Shown here: in pieces, positions 1 through 12,579 of the stretch | Numbering within the stretch: the first letter of the stretch is position 1 | Layout of the letters: each line of letters opens with the position of its first letter | DNA from: Eledone cirrhosa | Lineage: Eukaryota | Reading direction: 5' to 3' | Length of the DNA: 64,000 bases | Assembly: GCA_964016885.1 (NCBI GenBank) | Contig: OZ024740.1 | Span: 120,528,001-120,592,000 of the forward strand | Notes under the pieces: model-generated | Seen by the model: only the letters and a program-made list of their open reading frames with translations | Told to the model about the DNA's origin: nothing | The model's database searches: none | Program-made: the position numbers and the translations under genes

Positions 1-1920
1 AAAACATATGTTATCACATTACAGATCCATCACATCGAATATGCATGTTTGAATGTTAGACAAAAGCGAATGGATAATTTGTCATGTGTCCTATTTATTT
101 AAAAGACAACTGCTAATATAATGCTATATATTGAGGATGTATACATCCATGTTATTTAATACATAATGAATTTAATGTTAATTTATAAGAAAATCTTTTT
201 TTCTTTTTCTGTGGGGACGTTTTGAAGACTTGACACTGAATCTTGAAGAATGAAAGAATGAGAATAAAGTAATTTCAATTGTTAAGAGATTTTTCATTTG
301 AAATTCAAGTTGTAGATAAATACAAAATATATATAAATAGTAAGGACTGGTAACATAATAAATGCCAAGCAGACTGATATCAACGGACGTTTTCTAAAGG
401 CCAAACCTATTATAGGATGTAGTGAATTGATGATCCCTTATTTCAACTGATAACAAATAATGCAGTGATGGTCCTGGGACTAAGCAAAATAAGAGAGAAG
501 GGAAAAATACACGAAATAATTCTGATATTTAAAGAAGTAATATATATATTAAAATGAGTTCTTTTAAAGATTCTGAGAGATAATAAATGATAATGGCAGT
601 AGGAAAATTAACATCTGCAATACCAAATTTAGAAGAGATATAATAAAATGTAACTAAATGTAACTAAAATGTGGCACATCTAAGATGATACTGGGTGATA
701 ATAAGAAAGAGAACTAATTATTTTCGTCAGCACCATATTAAAGAAACAATTGAATACAATTGTTCACTGACCAAATTAAATCTTTCATGACCATGTTGCT
801 AATGAAATACACTATGTTTCCATTAATTCATGAAGAATTTGGCGGGATTTACTACACTTATTGTTTCATTATCAAAATGGTATTTGTGACAGAACTTAAA
901 CAAATTCCAAGATCCGATTCATTTAAAATAGATGGGTTTTCTTTTTCATAGAATAAAAAGCGGTTTTGTGTAAGTTGGTATCAAAAGTGTTAATATGGAT
1001 TATAGAAAGGAATATACAAAGAAATTGATTATAGGAGGGGGGCTATTCTCACTTAAAAGACTAATAATAATAGACTCAAGTATTTGAATTTTAGTAGAGC
1101 TTTTTTTCTTTTCTTCAACAGATATCACATCGATGTAAGCAATTCTCAATGCACACAAACAAAATAGATATCAAACTAAACTATGTTAAAGTGGGTATTT
1201 TAGCAATGTTAATCCACCCAGATTTTGACGTCCTAAAATTTAAGAGTAAATCTATGGCATTGCTATTGAAAAATATCCCTAATTCTGACTAGATTTTAAA
1301 GGTTTTTCATTCATTTTTCTTATATCTTTATAGATTCATGATTTCAATGATTTGCATAAATTGTGAGTTTATGGTACATATATATATATAAAATGTGATA
1401 TTTTTATATGATTATATTTTCAGTTATCTTATCGCCCCCATCACTAACAGCATAACACAACAAAATGACATCACTATAACACCAAATTCTTACACACCTC
1501 CCAATTTATGCAATTGTAACATATTTATATATAATACAATTATTGTCTGTCATTAGAATATAACACTAATTGTATATTGTGTAAAATTAGAAAGGGCTTC
1601 CAGGCATATAAACCATACTAAACAAAGGATTGAGGGCTCTATTCAATAATGTCAAGAACGTAATGATCTTCCTATTTCTGGTGACACAATATAATGTACC
1701 TAGCCCACTCTGGATAATGGTGAGTTTTAGGAAGAGCTGTAGAAACCATGTCAAAACCAGAATGAATGTCAACAAGGCATTGCCTTCTGACATATGAAAA
1801 GACAGAAGCTCTGATTAAATCCTTACTTGGTTTGTAATAACTCACATAACACATGTATTATACTGAAATGGACATACAGTATATAATTGCATTCTCAGTT
1901 GCACACTCTGTATTTATACA

Positions 1921-1962
1921 GAGTCTTAACGTTTCGGATGCTAGTCATTCATTAGAAAATAG
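1921..1962 (-). ncRNA. Degenerate minimal hammerhead ribozyme motif in a pLTR-like repeat (same family as 18669 and 49405)
   Basis: Reverse complement reads ctatttt CTAATGA atgactagcatcc GAAA cgttaagactc. Core mutated (CTAATGA). Same CT-rich upstream context as the 18.7 kb and 49.4 kb copies. Confidence 0.5.
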
Positions 1963-2449
1963 TATGAGAAATTAAAGAATAAATAGAAAGATTGAGGAGA
2001 TGGCAGTGGTGGAAACAAAAATATGTTTTTATAGAAAAACAGGTTCATTCATGTTGCCATCTCTAGGAGTTAAACAAATTTCGCTTTCTCTTACCTTACC
2101 ACAACTGCCACCAGCTGCTATTCTTAGTATATATATGTGTGTGTGTATGCTTGTGCATTTGTCATAAATACACTCTAAATAAATATCCTTTTTTTCTTGT
2201 GTTAGGGTGTTGTTACTTCAGTCTTCTATCAACAAATAAAAGATCATTTTCTTTTCCCCCAATCCATTATTTTCAAAAATTTTCTCTCTCACTTTCTACT
2301 TTATCACACTATTACTATTGCCCCTTTCATCAAAACTTTAATTTGTTACACCCCACTTGGTAAGTGAATGAGGTCTGGGACCATATCAATTGAACTCTAT
2401 GCTCTGTGTTAAGTGTCACATATATACAAGCATAATTATTATATAATAA

Positions 2450-2660
2450 AGGCTCCTAATTCAAGCAGAATTCCAGTGATTTGAGAGTGGGTAAGTCTGT
2501 TATACTGACCACAGTAATCTACTGGTACTTTGTTTTATTGACTCTGGAAGGATGAAAGACAAAGTTGACCTCAGTGAGATTTGAGCTGAGAAATAAAGCG
2601 CTATAACTTAATGTTGTAAAGCATTTTGTCAAACTCTCTTGTGATTCTGCTAATCTACCA
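2450..2660 (-). mobile_element. Old, diverged tRNA-derived SINE (same family as 4059)
   Basis: actggtactt...ttattgactctggaaggatgaaagacaaagttgacctc resembles the reverse complement of the 4059/25413 SINE body. Confidence 0.55.
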
Positions 2661-3217
2661 TATGTTATGATAATAATAATTATAGTTGTCATAGAAGTTT
2701 TGGGCTTGATACCAAATCAGTTCCTGTTTCCCTGCTAGCAATGGTAGGATGGATCTACATAGACCAAGTTACTTCTGAAGCAGGGCCACTGATCTTCTGG
2801 ACAGGCCAGAGATCTGCATCTCACTTATGTACTATTTCACATTCTACTAAGTGCACAGGAGATGTTTTCATGTCTATGACACAACTGAAGGTCCTCCCAG
2901 CCATTTATTTAGCAAGCCTTCTAGGGCTGGATGCTCTTCCTATCAACTAACAGTTTATAGCATGTACTGGGTGAATTTATCATGGATGTCGCTAACACAA
3001 TTGAGGTTGCCATACCATGGCATGACTAAAGTGTCTTCTGACAACCCCCCCCCCCCCATCTAGAGCAACTTGACCTTGAAATATAAATTTCTCCCCTACA
3101 AAAGATTGCCCCATCAGTCATTGCATATATACTAAAAAGCAGACTCCTTCTCAAAGAACCATGTTGAGACTCAACAGAGCAGAAGGTTCAGTAATCCTAA
3201 GAATGACTATACCCAAT

Positions 3218-3405
3218 CATCATCATCATCACCGATTTACGTCCGTTCTTCCATGCTAGCATGGGTTAGACTGGTTGTCCTGTTGTGGGCAGTGTCTGGT
3301 CGGCTGACCCTGCCTTGCTCATACAGGAACTGATTTGGGCTTGATTTCTACAGCTGGATGCCCTTCCTAACACCAACCTCATTTACAGTGAGTGTTGGGT
3401 GCTTT
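3218..3405 (-). mobile_element. 3' fragment of an RTE-tailed SINE or RTE 3' UTR
   Basis: (CAT)n tail followed by ttccatgctagcatggg...ttctacagctggatgcccttcctaacaccaacc, the reverse complement of the shared RTE/SINE 3' end. Confidence 0.75.
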
Positions 3406-3550
3406 TTCCCCCATATCAACATTAATAACAATCATATGACTAGAGTCCTGCCATTGCTATCAAGGAAAACAGACATTAAATGAAGTGAAGATGATGATGA
3501 TGATGATAGAAAAATACATAGATGGATATCCCCACCCCTCCATATATATA

Positions 3551-3595
3551 TATGAGACCCTGTGATAAACAGTTGAAACTCCCCAGAGTAATAAG
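3551..3595 (+). ncRNA. 5'-truncated hammerhead remnant in a (TA)n-flanked PLE terminal fragment
   Basis: (TA)n-TGAGA-cc ctg tgataaa cag tt-GAAA-CTC ccca GAG-TA. Stem III and the GTA triplet are intact; the 5' half of the core is lost. A decayed tail motif (ttgagtact) lies at about 3643. Confidence 0.45.
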
Positions 3596-3798
3596 ACTCA
3601 CTATTTAGCCTTAGTAAAGTGAATATTAAAACTGATTTGATATTGAGTACTCTCTACTCTCAGCCATCATCCACATGGAACTTTAAATCAATCATTTTTA
3701 ATTCCTTAGAATGAAATATTATATAAACACATTAAGCTAATTCTGAAACTGCTTGGCACTTATATACTATCATATATAATTCTCTACATACATTTGAG

Positions 3799-3829
<31 letters not shown>

Positions 3830-4058
3830 GCAAACAAAAGAAAACAATAATAACCTGAATACAAAGGAACAATTGCCACACGCAAGCTGGGTCTGTTTTT
3901 CTAGCCTCCCTTAAGGTTAATATTTTTGAAAGACAGGGGGGGGGGGGGGGCACAGGATGTATTATATGTCTTACTCAGAGGCACAACACCATGGCCAATG
4001 TAACTGTTGAACATATGCTCTGTATCTAAAAGGTATTCATTATATCTTTAATAAAAAT

Positions 4059-4220
4059 ACGGTGGATTGGCAGTATCGGTAGAGAGTCGGACACCCTTTA
4101 TGATCTGAGTTCAAATCCCGCCGAGGTTAACTTTGCCTTTCATCCTTACGGGGTCGATAAAATAAAGTACCAGTAATGTACTGGGTATTTGCTGGCCTTG
4201 TGCCAAAAGTAGAAACAATT
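4059..4220 (+). mobile_element. tRNA-derived SINE (Meta-domain-like body), internally deleted, 20-bp TSD
   Basis: A-box-like tggcagtatcgg, B-box gagttcaaatcc, body gcctttcatccttacggggtcgataaaataaagtacc. TSD attatatctttaataaaaat at 4039-4058 and 4218-4237. Confidence 0.9.
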
Positions 4221-4863
4221 ATATCTTTAATAAAAATGGAGTGTAAAACAGTATAATTATGTAAATGATTTACATGATATATGACGTCAATGAGAATGAT
4301 TGTCCCTGATGAAATGACTGCAATCAGATACAGAAGCTTGGTGGTGGATTCCATTAAACAAAACCTTGCTTCTTCTCTATATTAAAACTTACTCCTATAG
4401 TAGCAATGACAATACGAACACTAACAACAAAAATATAACAATAATATCAAGAACAGAAATTTTTTGTTACATGCATGGCTCATCAGTTGATTGGACAGAC
4501 ACAATGTTAACTAGAGCTGCACACAATAATTCACTTTTAACAGAAAATGAATTATTCAATGGCTATCTTCCATCTGTATTTCATACTTTGTTTGTGTGTC
4601 AGTACAGTTTATAATTAGTATGATGCCTGAAAGATTATGACAGAAAGAGACAGGTGAATAAATTACATGCAGTGACGCAAGACTTGTACAGTTGAATGTA
4701 AACATTCTCTTGAAGGATTTTTACAGAAATAATATTTCAACTCTCGGAGAAAAAAATAATTGAAGTAAGAAAGAAATGTATTCCATTATAAAATATATCC
4801 CAAATATTCACTACCCAAACAAGTACAATTTTGAAATGAAAAATATGTTTTTAAATTATAGTT

Positions 4864-5580
4864 AACTAGCTAAGGTACCTGGTAATACCTGGGAGCAGGG
4901 GTATTCCCAGTTCCCATTAAAATGCCCAATGCCGCTCAGACCAAAAATGAAATCAAAATATAGGACAGATAATGAAAAGCGAAGACAAATTCATTTACGA
5001 AACAATAATACAAACAAATATTTTTTATTCCATTGGTCAGGTGAAAAAATGTTTGTCAGAGAAGTTGAGTGTTGCTATAAGGAAAAAAATAGAACCCCCA
5101 TTAGGGTGTCTTAATATTGAAATTTGCTGAAATTTTGTGAATAGGCATAATATTTTGTCATTTACCTATGGTTTAAATTTCATATAAATTGAAGGGAAAA
5201 AACTTTCAGCGGGGGTTTTGTGCCCCTGAGAACCCTTTGATTAAAATGAAATATACTTATCCAAGTACCAAATTTTTACTATAGGGGGATAAACCCCCCA
5301 TTAGGGTGCCTTAATGTTATTGAAATTTGCTGAAATTTTGTAAATAGGCATATTTTGTCATTTACCTATGGTTTAAATTTCATATAAATCGAAGGGAAAC
5401 ATTTTTCAGCTGGAGTTTGAGCCCCTTGGGAACCCTTTGATTAAAATGAAATATATGTAAGAAATCAAATGGGCATGAGCCCTACACACGTGTCAAGTTT
5501 CATCAAGATCGGTTTGGTAGTTATTAAGTTTTAGGTTAACAAACAAACAAACAGACAGAAATTGCCATTTATGTATTTTG
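4864..5580 (-). mobile_element. Non-autonomous Helitron-like element with internal ~200-bp tandem duplication
   Basis: Left end actag...cctggtaatacctggg is a decayed 3' hairpin plus CTAG on the minus strand. Right part has aagtttcatcaagatcgg and (ACAA/ACAG)n, typical of invertebrate non-autonomous Helitrons. Confidence 0.6.
5093..5455. repeat. Two copies of a ~163-bp sequence at 200-bp spacing
   Basis: aacccccattagggtg...ttaaaatgaaatata at 5093-5255 and 5293-5455. Confidence 0.9.
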
Positions 5581-6028
5581 ATAATCAGCTTCTCAGTTTA
5601 ACAACACTGTATGCCCATGGATGCCTTTTGTGAAGCTAACACTATCTCGAATTTCAGAATACAATCCTCCTTCTCTCGTCACAAATATCAAAGGCTTTGA
5701 AAAAGGAGCATGGCTACTGCCTATTCATTCTCTCTCTCGCTGACTAAACAGTTAAAGGAATTTATTATATATATAGAAGATTGATTTCGAAAAATGCTAA
5801 TCGCAACTACAACTTTAATTTTACTCCCTATTATATATATAAGATTTTGAATTGATACCCAAAATGCAGTATTTTCCACAGTGATATAATTACAATGAAA
5901 AATTGATTAAAAAAGGCTTGTCTAACCCAAATTATGAAAATGTTTGCAAGAACTTTCATGCTTTGTTGTGTTCTGTTGTGCTATCTTTACCCATGCTAGC
6001 ATGGAAGACAGTCGTTAAACGATGATGA

Positions 6029-6068
<40 letters not shown>

Positions 6069-6089
6069 ACACATAGACATATACATACA

Positions 6090-6335
6090 TGCATGGCTTG
6101 TGAAGGGAGATGGCTTAATGGATAGAGTGTTAGGCTTACAATTGGTTGGTTCATGTTGCTCCAGTTTACTCAGATGTAGTTGCAACATCACGGGTGGCAA
6201 GCTGTATTGGCCATTGCATTTCCCTAGGAAAACATCAGTGGCATGGGGAGGAGAGACTGGTATGCATGGGCAACTGCTGGTCTTTCACAAACACACCTTG
6301 TCCAGGCTTGTGTCTTGGAGGGGAACTTACTAGGT
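6090..6335 (+). mobile_element. Degenerate tRNA-head SINE (CORE-like, related to 36590)
   Basis: tggcttaatggatagagtgttagg...gttgctccagtttactcag matches the 36590 SINE. Confidence 0.45.
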
Positions 6336-6417
6336 GCAAAACAATGGTCATTCATGACTTAAGGGCATTATGATACCCACAGATATATACAAGAGAGAGA
6401 CAGGGTGGAGGGAGAGG

Positions 6418-6470
<53 letters not shown>

Positions 6471-7644
6471 ACACATATAATACATTCATGTAATATAGAA
6501 GAGATGCCAAGTATAATATTGTAGCAGTAAAAGTCAAAATGTATTGAAAGAAAGTAATCAATTGATCCATCCTGTAAGCAATCAATATTTTTTTTATCAA
6601 TTAATAGCTTGAAGTATTATGCATACATAAAAGGTCTAATTCTTTGACTGTTATCAAACAATATGCTAATGAAATACTGCTTTGAAAAGTTCCTTTTGAA
6701 AGGTGTCTATACATTAATGTTGCTAGGTTTTAAGCAAAAGCCATGTTATTTTATATTTTTCTACATTCATTATTATCATTTTGTATTATTTATAAAATAA
6801 GAAAATAATAAAGAAATCATTATTTGTGCAGCTATTAAGGTGTCGTCAAGTGCGGTAATTTTTGGATGACATATTATAAAATTAAGTATTTAATCACTGA
6901 TCTAAACCCCAAACCATTCCAAGTTAGGCAAAGTTAAAGAGTTAAAGGATACACTTTTAAGTAAATATTTCCATGTCTGTAATTTAGAGATAGATAATGA
7001 GATAGAAAGTAATGAGCCAAACAACATAGTGTAGAGAGGATCCTCTGTACAAGATGAGTGCCTAAGAACCTCTCTTGTGGCAGTGCCACTATAAAGTGGT
7101 TGGCAACTGAATGGAGACGCTATAGGGGGAAGTGGACTATCAATGCACTGACAACACACTGCAATGTGGTGGTGCTGGGTCTATCATAAAAACTCCCAAT
7201 GCACTCTATAAACTAGCAGGCATCCAGCTGTAGAAACTGTGCCAAAATATGGAACATAAAAGCCAGATGTATTTCCCTGACCAATCTAGTCTTGGACTGT
7301 CACAACCCATCTAACCATTGTCAGTATGGAAAACAGAAGTAAAATGATGTTATTGATGATGATGATTACTTCTGTCTTTCAGAAACTCTAATCTCTAATA
7401 CTACTTCATACAAATTTCAAATTTATTAGTTATGAACATTAAATATGTATAACAGAAGATAAAAAATGAAATGGTTTTTGAACTAATGCCTTGTGAATTG
7501 GACAATCTCAATAATCTAGCATTATGAAGTGATTAACGAACACAGATAAAGAATTATTAGCTTTCTTGTTTGCATCCCAGTGCAGTTAACATAGCCTTTC
7601 ATCTATATATTTCATCAATCTCACATGGTGAATTTGATCTTACA

Positions 7645-9757
7645 TCATCATCATCATCATCATCATTTTACGTCCGCTTTTCCCTGCTTGCAAGGGTGGG
7701 ACGGGTCTTATTCAGCACAGCATCTCTCCACTCGTCACGGTCCCTCGTCATCTCCACCGTGAGCTTCAATGATCTGAGGTCTGTTCTCACCACCTCCGCC
7801 CATGTTTTTCGTGGTCTACCTCTACTACGTCTTCCTTCAACTGGCATTTCCTGGCACTTCTTCACCCATCGGTCATCCTCCATGCGCATCACATGTCCAT
7901 ACCACCTCAGTCTCCTCTCCCGTACACTACATTCTATCCCTCTCAGACACAGTTTCTCTCTCAACACATTTATGCTGGGTCGTTCACGCACATTTACACT
8001 GCACATCCAACGGAGCATGCTTGCCTCATTTCTCTCCAGCCGTCGCATATCTTCTGCGGTAGCTGCCCATGTCTCACTACCATGCAGCATCGCGCTCCTC
8101 ACACAGGCATCATACAACCGGCCTTTCGTACGCAGGGAGAAACCCTTCTTCGTCAACAGAGGAAGCAGCTCCCTAAACTTCTTCCAACCCGTCCTTATTC
8201 TAGATACTATGGCCTCGGAACACCCTCCTCCCATGCTAATCTGATCTCCTAGGTACCGGAAGCTATCCACCACTTCTATAGCGCCCTCTCGCATTTGAAA
8301 AATGTGTCTATCAGTGCGACTTCTACTGTCTAATTTCCCTGTACATCTACTGCATACATATTTCTCCCTACCTGTTAGTTTGCCTGCTATCCCGCTACAT
8401 CTCTTGTGTACCCAGGACCTACATTGTGTGCATTTTATAGAATTTATGCCAGTTCCTTTTCTGCATATCGAACATGGCCATTTCCCTGACGGAATCAGGG
8501 TTTTGTCCTCTTTTCTACTCATCAACACTTTTGTCTTAGCTAGATTTACTCTCAGTCCTCTTGCTTCCAACTGCTGTTTCCATAGCCGGAATTTATTCTC
8601 TAGCTCCTCTACTGATTCTGCCATAAGAGCCAGATCGTCAGCATAGAGAAGTTCCCATGGACAGCCAGTCTTAAACTCCTCTGTTATGGCTTGGAGGACT
8701 ATAATGAACAAGAGCGGGCTGAGGACCGAACCCTGATGTACTCCTACTTGTATCTGGAATTCCTCACTAAACTCCATTCCTACCCTGACTTTACTGAGAG
8801 TACCTCTGTACAAAGTTTGCACTGTCCTTACAAGCCATTCCTCAACACCCAGCTTCCTTAGGGACCACCAGATGACAGATCGGGGTACCCTATCAAAGGC
8901 CTTCTCTAGGTCAACAAAGGCCAAGTATAGTGGCTTATTCTTCTCTAAGAACCTCTCTTGCATTTGTCTCACCAAGAAGAGGGCATCTGTTGTACTCTTC
9001 CCAGGCACAAAACCAAACTGCATCTCATCTAGTTTGACCCTTTCTCTAATTAGTTGTGCTAAAATCCTTTCTGCCACTTTCATAACCTGATCTATCAGTT
9101 TTATACCCCTATAATTGCTCCTCTCCAAAGCATCCCCTTTACCTTTGTAGCAATTTATGAGAATACTGCTGCACCAGTCTTTGGGTATGACACCACCATA
9201 TATAGCCTGATTGATTATGCGTGCAACCAGTTTAGTGCCTACGTCCCCTGATGTCTTCAGCATCTCAGCAACTATTCCCGATGGTCCGGCCGCCTTACCA
9301 TTTTTCATTTCCCTAATCGCCTCTTGGACCCTATATTCGTCAATCTCAATAGCTGGTCCCTCTGTCGGATCTACCAAGGGTAATTTCTCTCTCTCCCATT
9401 CGTTCTCCACATTCATCAGTCTCTCATAATGACATTTCCAGGCCTCCTTTTTCTGGTCATTCGTGACACTAAGTACACCGGCATCATCCCGGACACATTT
9501 ATCACCAACAACATCCTGATTTGCATTGACACACTGCCTTGCAATGTGGAACACCGCACGCCTCTGATCTTCCCGTCGCAGAACATTGGCAAACCTCCTA
9601 CTCTCTGCCTCCCTGCGTGCTAAGTACACCTGACGTCTAGCTTCTCTCTTAGTGGCTGTATATTCTTCCCTACTCCCACCCTTATTCCAAGCCTTCCATG
9701 CTAGTCTTTTGTCTCTAATAGCCTTATCTACACTGCTGTTCCACCACCAGGTCACTC
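7645..9757 (-). mobile_element. 5'-truncated RTE-clade LINE, subfamily A, young copy
   Basis: RT ORF runs directly into a (GAT)n tail at 7645-7665. Candidate TSD TCTTACA at 7638-7644 and 9758-9764. No endonuclease domain, consistent with 5' truncation. Confidence 0.95.
7668..9755 (-). CDS. RTE-type reverse transcriptase (partial ORF, no true start) with an internal PHD-type zinc finger
   Basis: Motifs GKAAGPSGI, NYRGIKL, QFGF, FVDLEKAFDRV, GVHQGSVLSPLLF, LLYADD, FRYLG, RRLRWYGHV, RGRPRKTW. C4HC3 finger at 8343-8474. Confidence 0.95.
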   Translation of the reverse strand: MTWWWNSSVDKAIRDKRLAWKAWNKGGSREEYTATKREARRQVYLARREAESRRFANVLRREDQRRAVFHIARQCVNANQDVVGDKCVRDDAGVLSVTNDQKKEAWKCHYERLMNVENEWEREKLPLVDPTEGPAIEIDEYRVQEAIREMKNGKAAGPSGIVAEMLKTSGDVGTKLVARIINQAIYGGVIPKDWCSSILINCYKGKGDALERSNYRGIKLIDQVMKVAERILAQLIRERVKLDEMQFGFVPGKSTTDALFLVRQMQERFLEKNKPLYLAFVDLEKAFDRVPRSVIWWSLRKLGVEEWLVRTVQTLYRGTLSKVRVGMEFSEEFQIQVGVHQGSVLSPLLFIIVLQAITEEFKTGCPWELLYADDLALMAESVEELENKFRLWKQQLEARGLRVNLAKTKVLMSRKEDKTLIPSGKWPCSICRKGTGINSIKCTQCRSWVHKRCSGIAGKLTGREKYVCSRCTGKLDSRSRTDRHIFQMREGAIEVVDSFRYLGDQISMGGGCSEAIVSRIRTGWKKFRELLPLLTKKGFSLRTKGRLYDACVRSAMLHGSETWAATAEDMRRLERNEASMLRWMCSVNVRERPSINVLREKLCLRGIECSVRERRLRWYGHVMRMEDDRWVKKCQEMPVEGRRSRGRPRKTWAEVVRTDLRSLKLTVEMTRDRDEWRDAVLNKTRPTLASREKRT

Positions 9758-10486
9758 TCTTACAGTGTTTTGAAATCTATTAAAATTGATAGTTAGGGGT
9801 GAAATGTACCTTCATAGGCTTCAACGATGAGTGTTGCAATTGTCTGTTCAACAGAACAGCTTGCTCATGAAAGTAATATTCAAATGGCTGAGTATTTCAC
9901 AGACACATGTAACCTGGACCTAATGTTTTGTTCAATATGAAATTCAGTATGTGAAAAGTCTGACTCTTCCAATTGCAGGTAAATCTCATTTTTGCCAGCT
10001 GAGTGCTTTGGAACAATGTGATAAATTGTTCAAGCGCATAAGTTGCTATCAGAAATTGACATCACCACCTTATCATCATGTGCTGAACCCATTATCCACC
10101 TTTAAAAGGTATTTCCTTGGTTATTACATTTCTTCAATGTACATTTATAGACCTTGAAGATTTATGATATGACTTAACTATTCAAAGTAATTATGATCCA
10201 GTCATTACAGTTATGAAGATGCTGTAACTTTAGCAAACATCAAATAAATTGCTATTCCATTGAAGTAGAATTTGTTTTATTAATTGCTTATTATTATCTA
10301 ATTCCTAAATCTATTTTCTGTATGTAAGGTGTTGTAACGATATTAATGTAGTTAAATTATCTAAAGTGTAATTAGAAAGAGATGGATAACCATTACTAAT
10401 ACATCAATTTTATATGAAACAATCCAAATGTCAAATGATACTTGATTAGTTTACTATTATATTAATATTAGAATTATTTCTTCGCC

Positions 10487-10845
10487 CACTTATTACTGAG
10501 TGGGTTGTGGGGGTAGAGTCCTCAAACACTCCTTCCAGAAGAAACCATCTTCGATTGATCAGGTTGGATCACCACGCGAGACCAGCTGATGTTAACCATC
10601 TTGCTCAGGGTCTGCCCCTCAGTCTCCAGCCAACTGGTTTTGCCCCTAAAATGTGTCCAGCAATTCTGTCACAGCGATGTGACATTCTAAACACATACCC
10701 ATAGTATCAGAGCTGTGATCTCTCAATTTGATTAAGTAGCAGCTCTACCTGGATCATCTCTCTGCTCTCTGTGTTAAGCAGCCTATTGAGTAACACTTAT
10801 CCAAAGACCCTTCAGAGGAACCCCATTTTGGCTGCTCCATACAAA
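10487..10845 (-). mobile_element. Decayed 3' end of a different RTE-like LINE
   Basis: Minus strand translates to ...GAKPVGWRLRGRP*ARWL..., resembling the RTE C-terminal GRRPRGRPR..W motif. GC-richer than the flanks. Confidence 0.45.
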
Positions 10846-11424
10846 ATATACACTTCATAGAAAGATAATATAGATTTTCATCTAAGTGTTTAGTTTTAAG
10901 AAATAATAAATTTCATCTATTTTAACTATGATGTTACCATATTCCTACTTACGATTTTGAATTTTTTAAAAATAAAGCTTATTAATCTTAACATGTCTGT
11001 ATCATGATTTAAAATTTCCTGCAAAAACAGTTTGACAGGATGATTAAATTCAAATATAAACACATTAAATCAAATGACTTCATATCATAAAATCAGAGGG
11101 AGTTCCTGACAGTTTTGTATCAAATAGATTTGCTTATTGTATTTTTCAGATGCGAGATTATATTTAGTTTCCAACATTACACAGTAAGCCTGAATACGGA
11201 AGATAATTCCCACACATATATATATATATTTTAAAATTTTAATTTCTATTGTTATATTCTCTTATCTCTGTATACCTTGTTTTTGTTTCTCAACTTTAAG
11301 AGGTACAAGATACTTGCCCTAGTCTCTCATGGCTTACTAACTCAAAACAGAGGCTTAAATTGATTAAATAAATAAATAAATATGGGAATGTTATCAATAG
11401 TTATATTTCCTCATATGTATGATC

Positions 11425-11900
11425 GACATCATTGTCATCATTTAATATCCATTTTTCTATGCTGGTCTGGATTGACAAGTTTGCTATATAGCATATCGTT
11501 AATTGTAGAAATCCATTGCCATCTACACAAGTCTCCCCACTTCATTTTATCTCTTTCTTAGATTTTCTCTATATAGAGTATCTTCAAATATCAGTACTTT
11601 CACCTTTCACCCAAATTCATGTTCCCTTGTCTCACATGTCCCCCACAATGCAGTCAATTTTCCTACATAAGTTGAACCATGGCTATCATTTCCAATCACT
11701 CTCTTAGATCATTTATTATTCCATCTCTTTCATTTAGGTTAATATTGCACATCAAATAAGTTATGCTTTGATCAGTCTCTTCTGTCTTTGCATACATTCT
11801 GAAGTCAATGGCCATGTCTTATGATCAGACTTCTTACACATAATTCAAAGTCTATATATTTATTGAAATGAGAGAGATAGAGCCAAACATTTTGTTGATT
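11425..11900 (-). mobile_element. Highly decayed RTE 3' remnant
   Basis: catcattgtcatcatttaatatccatttttctatgctgg tail, plus patchy similarity to 7650-8150. Confidence 0.4.
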
Positions 11901-12579
11901 TTACTTCAAGGTCAACTATGATTGAACAGACTTATGGTCGAAAGCATTCCAGCTCAGACAGCTCAAATAATTGTTTCAGTAATAGAGTTTATTTATTTTT
12001 AAATGTATATAGAAAATACATTTTTTTGTAGATTTATTAAATAAACCTCACTATCTCTTAGAATTCTAGAATGTTTTTCAGGAAATGCTACTTTGGGAAA
12101 TACATGTTTAGAGCTTTTGAAAATTAAAGATTTGTTATTGAAGATATGTAACATGTAAAGTTACCATATCTTTCAATCAACATATTCAAGTTATGGAACC
12201 ATTTTCTTGATAAATATTTTTTCTTTTTCTATTACAATTTCTTTCTTCATAGCTACACAACTACACACATTTTTTTAAAGTAATAAAATTATAACAGAAC
12301 CAATATGTTGATTTTGAAAATTTCAATTCAACTTAAACCAATAATAGTGTATAAACACATCATGTGGAGCAAATGGCACAGTAAAACAATTCATTATTAA
12401 CATATTTGCTCTGTAGCTATGTACCATATGTATTAGAAAAACACTTTCAAATAATTAATAAAGATAATTTCTAAAGTTATTGCCTTTATGTGACATGTGA
12501 ATATCGTGTGTAGCCTTCACTAACAAAGTCTATATTATAAATTACATTAAGTAATTTTTCTTAGAAAGTCTGCTATCAA

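Noticed and set aside
7570-9623. Plus-strand ORFs over the RTE (e.g. 224 aa at 7570-8244)
   Set aside because: Antisense shadows of the RT frame with no recognisable motifs.
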